Shown here: piece by piece, positions 38,045 to 49,305 of the stretch
How the letters are laid out: every line of letters begins with the position of its first letter
How positions within the stretch are numbered: position 1 is the stretch's first letter
NCBI RefSeq assembly: GCF_963921235.1
Contig: NC_086097.1
Coordinates: 255,876,001 to 255,940,000 of the forward strand
Reading direction: 5' to 3'
Length of the DNA: 64,000 nt
Source of the DNA: Mobula hypostoma
Taxonomy: Eukaryota
Program-made: the position numbers and the translations under genes
The notes under the pieces: generated by a model
What the model was told of the DNA's origin: nothing
Databases searched by the model: none
What the model saw: only the letters and a program-made list of their open reading frames with translations

Positions 38045-40924
38045 TTCCCTCCTTTTTATCATCACATGATAACTTTTCAGAACAGATTGTCGCTTCTACA
38101 ACATGATACAAAACATACCCAACATACTCCCTATTCTACTTGCTTAGCGTAGGAGGGACAGAAAAGTGTTAATGTGGGGGCCTCCCGAAACAGGGGCAGG
38201 TCCCCTTAGGGTCATTAAAATCATCATTAACCACTGCATTTTTCAGTCCTTATCATTTCCACCAGTAACGTGTTTACAGTCCGTTCGATGTATCCACTGG
38301 AGCTGCCCTTCCACCTTCACTGCAGTAGGTGCTGTCAGTAGCACTTGGTACGGTCCTTTTCACCTTGGTTCCAACTTCTTATGATCCCAGTTCTTAATCA
38401 GGACAAAATCTCTAGGCTCGATGGTGGGGTAGTCACCCTTAGGCTGGGTGTCGTCCTCCCTATTGGCCTGTCATACCTGTGAATGCAAGCTTTGGAGAGT
38501 TTTAGTTAACTTGTATAAATATTTTCCCATCTCCTCTCCTAAGGTATGCATGTCCATCCTTTCAAGAAGGGGAGGTCAGGCCAGTTCCGACCCCTATGGG
38601 GTTCACATGGGCTTTCCGTAGATAATCTCGACGGGGGATAACTCCGTTTTAACTGAGGGTGTGATTCTCATGTGGAACAAGGCCAAGGGTAGAACCTTAA
38701 GCCAGGTTGGCCCAGTTTCTTGCATAAGTTTAGTTAGCTTTTCCCTTAAGGTTACATTTGCTCGTTCCACTATATCAGCTGCTCTTGGATGGTGAGCACA
38801 GTGAAATTGCTGTTTCATTGCCAGTTCTTTTACAGATTTTCTCATTTATCTTAGCAATAAAATGAGGTCCATTGTCTGAGCTTATTGATTCAGGTAATCC
38901 ATAATGGGGAATCACTCCTCAATAATATTTTTACAATATTATTATCAGTAGTGGGTATAGCCTCTATCTGCTAAATACATCTACTATTACCAAGCAATAT
39001 TTACAACAATGTACTCTAGGTAGTTCTACAAAATCAAGTTGCAGACAAGAAAAAGGTCCGCCAGACAAGGGGGTAGTTCCAGAAACACAAGGCATTCCCT
39101 TCCCAGCATTCGTTTTTTTCACATGCTGTGGCTCACTTTTCAACTGCTTGCTGGAAATCAGGGTGCCACTGCCACCAAGATATTAACCATTCCCTCCTTG
39201 CCCAAGTGTGTACAATTATTCACATAATCTATCAAGATAGATAAGAACATAGAGGAAAGACAAACCTGTCCTGCAGGGGTTACCCGTAAATTGGTCTGAG
39301 GTTCAAGGTGGCAACCCATTTCGGACCATAGTTTGCGCTCTCCTTCAGGGCGTCTCCCTGCAATTTACGTATTTTCCCCCATATCTGGCATACCCATCCT
39401 TAGGTTTTTGTATAATAAGAACTTGTTAGGCTCCCAAGGGGACTAAAAGTGTGGGGTCCAAGGCTGTCTATTTTGCTGGTACACCAGCCTGAGCATTACC
39501 CTTAAGTATCTCATCGGATTCCCCAGTATGGGCTGCACATCTAATAATAGCCAAAACTCGAGGTAGCTGTAGAGCAATGAGTAAGTTGTTTACAAAGGTA
39601 GCATTACTAATGGGGGGGCAGAGGAAGTCAGGAATCCCCAGAGTTCTGTAGTCAGGGCATAACGGGAGTCTGTGTAAAAGTTTGCACTTTAATCTGTTTG
39701 AGATTTCTTTTCCACAGGCCTTTTCATTTTAAAATTCGAAACATTAATCAGAGAGGATTCCAGTTTAGGCTTGTACTTTTGGCTCCTCCACTGAAGCCCT
39801 CATACAGGCTCTTTTTATTTTGTTCCAAATAGTTGTGGACTCCCTCTTCAAAGTCATCTTCATGTATGACTTGGTGTTTTTTTTAAGGTCTTCTACAAAG
39901 AATTGGTTCTGTAGTGGATTCTTCAAAATCAGAACTGAGTACGCTGTTAGACTAGTCTGTTGCTAAGATTCAGGTATGAGTCAGAGCAAGTAGCTCAGCT
40001 TTCTGGGTGGAGACAGCTGCTGCAAAGGAGACTTGCTCAATTAGTTCACTGTCGTCACTTATCGCATAGCCAGAACATCGTTTTCCTGCTGGATCCACAA
40101 AAGAGCTTCTATCCTCATAAAACGTTGCCTTGGGCTTGAGGGGGTATTGTGGAAGGGATGGGAGAGTCTGTCCTTCTTTCATGGTGGGGGGGGAGGTTGC
40201 AGTTGGTGCGGCCGACTTCATGGCCTGAAATTGCCTAGAGATGGGGTACAACGTCTTGGGTTCAGTCAGTTTTAAAAGAGTGTCTTACCAGATGTCCCTT
40301 CTTCACCTTGACTCCTTCCAGTATCGGAGTTGGCCCGCGGCCAAGTCCCACCGGTCTCCCTTGCTGCTGGAGGTTTGTTTCGTCAGGGTTTAGGCAAGGA
40401 ACCCAGGCTGTTTGGCTTGGACCCAGGGCAAAGCCTAACGGTGGCATGGGGAACCACCGGTCCTGTCTGTCGCCAAAGGAAATCCAGAACTTCGGCCAGT
40501 AATGCACTGCCCCCTCTTCCTTTAACCTCTCCAATCACCGTGACTGGGAACTTCTGTCCCTTGGGTGGTGCATAATACTGGTTTTCCTCAGTGGAGCACC
40601 CTGTTGGATCATAGCACAGAGTCACATTAGGGTCTGTCTCTGGCAGAGAGGGTTCAAACGAAGTGGAGTCCAAATTAAGTGCCCACCACTGGGCGGTTGG
40701 TTGTTTGCTCGTCCCAGGGTGATACTCTTGTCCGTGCATAGAATCTCGACTTCCAATGGACAGAGCAAATCTCACTCTGCTAGATTATACCTCAGAATGG
40801 TGGTGACTGTAAATTAAACCTCACACTGAGTCCCCTTGGAATTTCACCTGCAGTGGCTGGGTACGTGAATATGTACATTCCGTGCCTTTGAGCCCAGAGT
40901 GATTGCAGCGTCTGATAGCCGGTA
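38045..40924 (-). mobile_element. Class I (gamma/epsilon-like) endogenous retrovirus internal remnant: gag-like region, RNase H and integrase; RT core and env absent
   Basis: Integrase LQLDFVELP, YGLPESISSDNGPHF, IVERANVTLREKL and [15 protein letters not shown]. RNase H TQKAELLAL, NFYTDSRYA and AHTG...GN. Confidence 0.85.
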
Positions 40925-41679
40925 ACATAGAAACATAGAAACATAGAAAATAGGTGCAGGAGTAGGCCATTCGGCCCTTCGAGCCTGCACCGCCATTTAT
41001 TATGATCATGGCTGATCATCCAACTCAGAACCCAGCCTTCCCTCCATACCCCCTGACCCCTGTAGCCACAAGGGCCATATCTAACTCCCTCTTAAACATA
41101 GCCAATGAACTGGCCTCAACAGTTTCCTGTGGCAGAGAATTCCACAGATTCACCACTCTCTGTGTGAAGAAGTTTTTCCTAATCTCGGTCCTAAAAGGCT
41201 TCCCCTCTATCCTGAAACTGTGACCCCTCGTTCTGGACCTCCCCAACATCGGGAACAATCTTCCCGCATCTAGCCTGTCCAATCCCTTTAGGATCTTGTA
41301 CGTTTCAATCAGATCCCCCCTCAATCTTCTAAATTCCAACGAGTACAAGCCCAGTTCATCCAGTCTTTCTTCATATGAAAGACCTGCCATCCCAGGAATC
41401 AATCTGGTGAACCTTCTTTGTACTCCCTCTATGGCAAAGATGTCTTTCCTCAGATTAGGGGACCAAAACTGCACACAATACTCCAGGTGTGGTCTCACCA
41501 AGGCCTTGTACAACTGCAGTAGTACCTCCCTGCTCGTGTACTCGAATCCTCTCGCTATAAATGCCAGCATACCATTCGCCTTTTTCACCGCCTGCTGTAC
41601 CTGCATGCCCACTTTCAATGACTGGTGTATAATGACACCCAGGTCTCGTTGCACCTCCCCCTTTCCTAATCGGCCACCA
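40925..41679 (-). mobile_element. Young CR1 3' fragment
   Basis: Near-identical to about 10683-11435; (TTTCTATG)n tail at 40925-40950. Confidence 0.95.
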
Positions 41680-41680
41680 G

Positions 41681-41814
41681 GACTCCTGACGAAGGGTCTC
41701 GGCCTGAAACATCGACTGCACCTCTTTCTATAGATGCTGCTTGGCCTGCTGCGTTCACCAGCAACTTTGATGTATGTTGCTTGAATTTCCAGCATCTGCA
41801 GAATTCCTGTTGTT
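41681..41814 (+). mobile_element. Penelope-terminal-repeat mini-element with near-intact hammerhead core
   Basis: CTGACGA-AGGGTCTCGGCCT-GAAAC-ATC-GACT at 41686-41717. Confidence 0.9.
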
Positions 41815-42289
41815 CACACAGGAAAGTAGTGGCTAAGGGCGCAGTCTTGTGGGCACCTGCGCTGGAAATGCTTGTTTCTGTGCTGTACCTTTCCATATCT
41901 GCGGCCAGGAAAGGGTTAAACTGCAATTAGACAAGAACATGAGTGGGGAAGGTTTCATGATAAATGAGAGGGTGATAAATAAGAAGTTTGGGGGGGGGTG
42001 ATAAATGTTATTCCTGTGTACAAGAAATGTAATAGGATAATCCTGGGGAATTGTAGACCGGTGAGCCTGACGTCAGTGTTGGGTATAATATTGAAGATGA
42101 TTCTTACAGACTTTGGATTCACAATCATTTGAAAGAGCATCGTCTGATTTAGGGTAGTCAGTATGCCATTGTGAGGGTCAAGTTGTGAAAAATTAGACCT
42201 GTATTCTGGTTGAAGAAATGACAAAAATTGATGAGCGCTTATATGGATTTTATAGTCTGATTTTTAGTCAAGAGGCATGGAATCCAATG

Positions 42290-45200
42290 CTGGGAGGTAG
42301 GAACCGAACTGAAGTGATGGAGGAAAGGGAGGTTGGCTCACAAGTCGAGGAAGTTTGGAGACAAAGTGAAAGGGAGGGTAGGCAGGTGATAGAGAAGGGA
42401 CGCGCTCAGTCCAAAGGTTTGAGATGTGTCTATTTTAACGCGAGGAGTATCATGAATAAAGTGGATGAGCTTAGCGCGTGGATCAGCACTTGGAGCTATG
42501 ATGTTGTGGCCATTACAGAGACTTGGATGGTGTAGGGGCAGGAATGGCTACTTCAAGTGCCAGGCTTTAGATGTTTCAGAAAGGACAGGGAGGGAGGCAA
42601 AAGAGATGGAGGCATGGCATTGTTGATCAGAGATAGTGTCACGGCTGCAGAAAAGGAGGAAGTCATAGAGGGGTTGTCTACGGAGTCTCTGTGGGTGGAA
42701 GTTAGGAATAGGAAGAGGTCAATAACTCTACTGGGTGTTTTTTATAGACCACCCAATAGTAACAGGGACATCGAGGAGCAGATAGGGAGACAGATTCTGG
42801 AAAGGAGTAATAATAACAGGTTGTTGTGATGAAGGATTTTAATTTTCCAAATATTACACTATAAGATAAAGGAGCAGAAGTTGGCCATTCGGCCCATCGA
42901 GTCTGCTCCACCATTTTATCATGAGCTGATCCATTCTCCCATTTAGTCCCACTCCCCTGCCTTCTCACCATAACCTATAATAATTATAGGTTAAGAACCT
43001 ATAATATATAACCTGTAATGATTGGCATCTTCCTAGAGTGAGAGGTTTAGATGGGGTGGAGTTTGTTAGGTGTGTTTAGGAAGGTTTCTCAACACAATAT
43101 GTAGGTAAGCCTACAAGAAGAGAGGCTGTACTTGATATGGTATTGGGAAATGAACCTGGTCAGGTGTTAGGTCTCTCAGTAGGAGAGCATTTTGAAGATA
43201 GTGATCACAATTCTATCTCCTTTACCATAGCTTTGGAGAGGGATAGGAACAGACAAGGTAGGGAAATGTTTAATTGGAGTAAGGGGAACTATGAGGCTAT
43301 CAGGCAGGAACTTGGAAGCATAAATTGGAAACAGATGTTCTCAGAGAAATGTACCGAAGAAATGTGGCAAATGTTCAGGGGATATTTGCGTGGGGTTCTG
43401 CGTAGATACGTTCCAATGAGAGATGGAAAGAATGGTAGGGTACAAGATCCGTGGTGCACAAAGGCTGTTGTAAATCGAGTCAAGAAGAAAAGAAGACCTT
43501 ACGAAAGGTTCAAAAAACTAGGTAATGATATGAATCTAGATTCATATAAGATTAGCAGGAAGGAGCTTAAGAATGAAATTAAGAGAGCCAAAAGGGGCCA
43601 TGAGAAGGCCTTGGCGGACAGGATTAAGGAAATTCCCAAGGCATTCTACAAGTATGTGAAGAGCAAGATGATAAGATGTGAGAGAATAGGACCAATCAAA
43701 TGTGACTGTGGAAAAGTGTGTATGGAACCGGAGGAAATAGCAAAGGTACTTAATGAATACTTTGCTTGAGTATTCACTATGGAAAAGGATCTTGGCTATT
43801 GTAGGGATGACTTGCAGTGGACTGAAAATCTTGAGAATGTAAATATTAAGAAAGAGCATGTGCTGGAGCTTTTGGAAAGCATCAAGTTGGATAAGTCACC
43901 GGGACCGGACGGGATGTACCCCAGACTACTCTGGGAAGTGAAGGAGGAGATTGCTGAGCCTCTGGCAATGGTCCTTGCATCATCACTGAGGACGGGAGAG
44001 GTTCAGGAGGATTAGACGGTTGCGGATGTTGTTCCCTTATTCAAGAAAGGGAGTACGGATAGCCCAGGAAATTTTAGGCCAGTGAGTCTTACTTCAGTGG
44101 TTGGTAAGTTAATGTAGAAGATCCTGAGAGGCAGGATTTCTGAACATTTAGAGAGATATAATATGATTACGAATAGTCAGCATGGCTTTGTCAAAGGCAG
44201 GTGTACCTTACGAGCCTGATTGAATTTTTTGAGGATGTGACTAAACAGATTGATGAAGGTAGAGCAGTATATGTAGTGTATATGGATTTCAGCAAGGCAG
44301 TTGATAAGGTACCCCATGCAAAACTTATTGAGTAAGGAGGCATGGGATCCAAGGGGACTTTGCTTTGTGGATCCAGAATTGGCTTGCCCACAGAAGGCAA
44401 AGAGTGGTTGTAGATGGGCCATATTCTGCATGCAGGCTGGTGACCAGTGGTGTGCTTCAGGGATCTGTTCTGGGACCCTTACTCTTCGTGATTTTTATAA
44501 ATGACCTGGTTGAGGAAGTGGAGTGATGGGTTAGTAAGTTTGCTGATGACACAAAGGTTGGAGGTGTTGTGGAGGGCTGTCAGAGGGTACAACGGGACAT
44601 GATAGGATGCAAACACAAGATGCTGGAAATTCAAGCAACACACACAAAATGCTGGTGGAATGCAGCAGGCCAGACAGCAGCCATAGAAAGAAACACAGTC
44701 TTCTGTGCTTCTTACGGATGCTCTCTGGCCTGCTGTGTTCCACCAGCATTTTGTATGTGATGATAGGATGCAAAACTGGGCAGATGGAGTTCAACCCAGG
44801 TAAGTGTGAGGAGGTTCATTTTGGTAGGTCATATATGGCAGAATATGGCATTAATGGTAAGACTCTTGGCAGTGTGGAGGATCAGAGGGATCTTGGGGTC
44901 CGAGTCCATAGGACACTCAAAAGCTGCTGTGCAGGTTGACTCTGTGGTTAAGAAGGCATACGGTGCATTGGCCTTCATCAATCGTGGGATTGAGTTTAAA
45001 AGCCGAGAGATAATGTTGGAGCTATATAGGATCCTGGTTCGATTCCACCGGGAGTACTGTGCTTAATTCTGGTCACCTCACTACAGGAAGGATGTGGAAA
45101 CCATAGAAAGGGTGCAGAGGAGATTTACAAGGATGTTGCCTGGATTGGGGAGCATGCCTTATGAGAATAGGTTGAGTGAACTCGGCCTTTTCTTTTTGGA

Positions 45201-45790
45201 GTGACGGAGGATGAGAGGTGACTTGATAGAGGTGTATAAGATAATGAGAGGCCTTGATCGTGTGGATAGTCAGAGGCTTTTCCCCAGGGCTGAAATGGCT
45301 AGCATGAGAGGGCATAGTGTTAAGGTGCTTGGAAGTAGGTACAGAGGAGATGTCAGGGGTAAGTTTTTCATGCAGAGAGTATTGAATCTGTGAAATTCTC
45401 TGCCCAGGGAAGCAGTTGAGGCTTCCTCACTGAATATATTTAAGAAACAGATAGGTTTTTACATAGTAATCGAATTAAGGGTTATGGGGAAAAGGCAGGT
45501 AGATGGAGCTGAGTTTATGGACAGATCAGCCATGATCTTATTGAATGGCGGGGCAGGCTTGATGGGCCGGATGGCCTACTCCTGCTCCTATTTCTTATGT
45601 TCTTATGAGTGCGTGGAATGGGCTGCCAGTGGAGGTGGAAATGATAGGGTCTTTTAAGAGACTCTTGGATGGCTACATGGAGCTTAGAAAAATAGAGGGC
45701 TTTGGGTAAAGCCTCGGTAGTTCTAAGGTAGGGACATGTTTGGCACAGCTTTGTGGGCTGAGGGGCTTGTATTGTGTTGTATGTTTTCTA
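42290..45790 (+). mobile_element. CR1 EN-RT-3' end with nested insertions (CR1 tail 42857-42975 on minus, mini-element 44614-44759, CR1 3' piece 45380-45607)
   Basis: YFNARSIMNK, FYRPPNS, SDHN, DKSPGPDG and KFADD motifs. Confidence 0.9.
44614..44759. mobile_element. Penelope-terminal-repeat mini-element, inverted pair, 15-bp TSD
   Basis: TSD ATGATAGGATGCAAA at 44599-44613 / 44760-44774. Confidence 0.85.
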
Positions 45791-46167
45791 TGTTACTATG
45801 AATCTGGCTGTGTGTGGGGATACAGAATTAGTTTGCCCACAAAAGCCAGAGGATGGTTGTAGATGGAACATATGCTACCTGGAGGTCAGTGGCAAGTGGT
45901 GTTTTGCAGGGATCTGTTCTGGGGCCATGCTCTTCGTTATTTTTATAAACAATTGGATGCAGAACTGGTCTGAGAAGTAGCTGGTGGAGTTCAAACCTGG
46001 AACAGTGTGAAATGAAGGCAGAATACAGGGTTCATGGCAATATTCTTAGCAGTGTGGAGGAAGAGGGTTCTCGCGTCCGCATCCATGGATTCCTCAAAGT
46101 CACCATGCAAGTTGATAGGACGGTTAAGAAAGTATAAGGCTTTCAAGAACCGCAAGGTAATGTTGCA

Positions 46168-46606
46168 GGTAAAAACACCCTGGTTGGACCACACTTGGAA
46201 TACTGTGTTCCATTCTGGTAGAAACACCCTGGTTGGACCATACTTGGAATACTGTGTTTCGTTCTGGTAAAAACACCCTGGTTGGACCACACTTGGAATA
46301 CTGTGTTCCGTTCTGGTAAAAACACCCTGGTTGGACCACACTTGGAATACTGTGTTTTGTTCTGGTAAAAACACCCTGGTTGGACCACACTTGGAATACT
46401 GTGTTCCGTTCTGGTAAAAACACCCTGGTTGGACCACACTTGGAATACTGTGTTCCGTTCTGGTAAAAACACCCTGGTTGGACCACACTTGGAATACTGT
46501 GTTTTGTTCTGGTAAAAACACCCTGGTTGGACCACACTTGGAGTACTGTGTTCTGTTCTGGTAAAAACACCCTGGTTAGACCACACTTGGAATACTGCTC
46601 CGTTCT
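46168..46606. repeat. Tandem repeat, 49-bp unit x 9, derived from CR1 RT sequence
   Basis: Unit GGTAAAAACACCCTGGTTGGACCACACTTGGAATACTGTGTTCCGTTCT starting at 46168, 46217 ... 46560; the last copy is 2 nt short. Confidence 0.95.
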
Positions 46607-46677
46607 GGTTGCCCCATTTTCGGAAGGATGTGGAAGCTTCAGAGAAGATGCAGTGGAGTTTTATCAGGATTCTGTCT

Positions 46678-48180
46678 GAGTGCAAAAGTGCGGGGGCCCT
46701 GGCAGAAATATTTAAAATGTCGCTGTCTACGGGTGAGGTGCCGGAGGATTGGAGAGTGGTTCATATTGTTCCGTTGTTTAAAAAAGGATCGAAAAGTAAT
46801 CCGGGAAATTATAGGTCGGTGAGTTTAATATCGGTAGTAGGTAAATTGTTGGAGGGAGTACTAAGAGACAGAATCTACAAGCATTTGGACAGACAGGGAC
46901 TTATTAGGGAGAGTCAACATGGCTTTGTGCGTGGTAGGTCATGTTTGACCAATCTGTTGGAGTTTTTCGAGGAGGTTACCAGGAAAGTGGATGAAGGGAA
47001 GGCAGTGGATATTGTCTACATGGATTTCAGTAAGGCCTTTGACAAGGTCCCGCATGGGAGGTTAGTTAGGAAAATTCAGTCGCTAGGTATACATGGAGAG
47101 GTGGTAAATTGGATTAGACATTGGCTCGATGGAAGAAGCCAGAGAGTGGTGGTAGAGAATTGCTTCTCTGAGTGGAGGCCTGTGACTAGTGGTGTGCCAC
47201 AGGGATCAAGGGATCAGTGCTGGGTCCATTGTTATTTGTCATCTATATCAATGATCTGGATGATAATGTGGTAAATTGGATCAGCAAATTTGCTGATGAT
47301 ACAAAGATTGGAGGTGTAGTAGACAGTGAGGAAGGTTTTCAGAGCCTGCAGAGGGACTTGGACCATCTGGAAAAATGGGCTGAAAAATGGCAGATGGAGT
47401 TTAATACAGACAAGTGTGAGGTATTGCACGTTGGAAGGACAAACCAAGGTAGAACATACAGGGTTAATGTTAAGGCACTGAGGAGTGCAGTAGAACAGAG
47501 GGATCTGGGAATACAGATACAAAATTCCCTAAAAGTGGCATCACAAGTAGATAGGGTCGTAAAGAGAGCTTTTGGTGCATTGGCCTTTATTAAAGTATTG
47601 AGCATAACAGCTGGAATGTTATGATGAGGTTGTATATGGTGAGGCCGAATCTGGAGTATTGTGTTCAGTTTTGGTCACCAAATTACAGGAAGTATATAAA
47701 TAAGGTTGAAAGAGTGCAGAGAAGGTTTACAAGGATGTTGCCAGGACTTGAGAAACTCAGTTACAGAGAAAGATTAGGACTTTATTCCCTGGAGCGTAGA
47801 AGAATGAGGGGAGATTTGATAGAGGTATATAAAATTATGATGGGTATAGATAGAGTGAATGCAAGCAGGCTTTTTCCACTGAGGCAAGGGGAGAAAAAAA
47901 ACTGATATGGGTTAAGGGTGAGGGGGGAAAAGTTTAAAGGGAACATTAGGGGGGGCTTCTTCACACAGAGAGTGGTGTGAGTATGGAATGAGCTGCCAGA
48001 CGAGATGGTAAATGCGGGTTCTTCTTTAACATTTAAGAATAAATTGGACAGATACATGGATGGGAGGTGTATGGAGGGATGTGGTCCGTGTGCAGGTCAG
48101 TGGGACTAGGCAGAAAATGGTTCGGCACAGCCAAGAAGGGCCAAAAGGCCTGTTTCTGTGCTGTAGTTTCTATGGTTTCT
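46678..48180 (+). mobile_element. CR1 RT and 3' end (distinct subfamily)
   Basis: PEDWRVVHIVPLFKKG, SQHGFVRGRSCL and KFADDTKIGG motifs; tail 'tttctatggtttct'. Confidence 0.9.
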
Positions 48181-48390
48181 GAGAACATGTACATAGATCG
48201 GGTACTGAAGACTTTTGCACATTACTGTAGTAATTTTATGTATTACACTGTACTGCTGAGATTTTAAAAGAAAAAAAAAATTCATGTCATGAGAGTGATG
48301 ATGAACCTAATTTCAATATAGGTTTCTATTGACTGAAAGTGGGAAGGGGGTGGGGAGATGCCAATCATGGTTAGGAAAAGGGAAAGGGAG

Positions 48391-49305
48391 GAGGAGCAAG
48401 GACTGCTTTGAATCGGTGGTCTGGACTGTATTCAGGGATTCATCTTCGAATCCAGGTGGGTATGCTGCATTGTTACTTCCTTCATTAAAATCTGTGTGGA
48501 TGAGTGTGTGCCTACAAAGACTTACTGTACATTCCCAAACCGAAGGCCGTGGATGAACCAGAGAGTTACATCGTCTGCTGAAGGCTCGATCTGTGGCATT
48601 TAAGTCTGTTGACCCAAGTCTGTACCTGAAAAACAGGTATGACTTGTGGGCTATTTCAAGGGTGAAGAGACAATTTCAAATGAGGTCGGAGGCAACATCG
48701 GATGTACGATAACCCTGGCAGGGTTTGCAAGACATTACTTCCTACAAAGTGAAACCCAATAGTATGAATGGCAACGATGCTTCACTACCGCATAAACTCA
48801 ACACCTTCTATGCCTGCTTTGAAAGGGAGAAGATCCCTGCTGCACCCAGCAATCCTGTGACATCTGTCTTAGAAGCTGATGTTAGGCTGTCTTTAAAGAG
48901 GGTGAACCCTTGCAAGGTGGAAGGCGACAGAGTACGTGGTATGGCTCTGAAAATTTGTGCCAAGCAACTGGCAGGAGTATTCCAACCTCTCACTGCTACG
49001 GGCAGAAGTTCCCACTTGCTTCAAAAAGGCAACAATTATACCAGTGCCTAAGAAGAATAATGCTAGCTGCCTTAATTACTATCGCCTGGTAGCACTCACA
49101 TCTACAGTGATGAAATACTTTGAGAGGTTGGTCATGACTGGACTAAACTCCTGCCTCAGCAAAGACTGGGACCCACTGCAATTTGCCTATCGCCACAATA
49201 GGTCGACAGCAGACGCAATCTCAATGGCTCTTCACACAGCCTTAGATCACCTGGACAATACAGACATCTCTGTCAGGGTGCTGTTCATCGACTATAGCTC
49301 AGCAT
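48391..49305 (+). mobile_element. Rex1/Babar-type LINE fragment
   Basis: [29 protein letters not shown] and LFIDYSSA motifs. Confidence 0.85.

Noticed and set aside
46168..46606. CRISPR-like array
   Set aside because: Units are contiguous with no unique spacers, the unit is CR1 coding sequence, and there are no cas genes.
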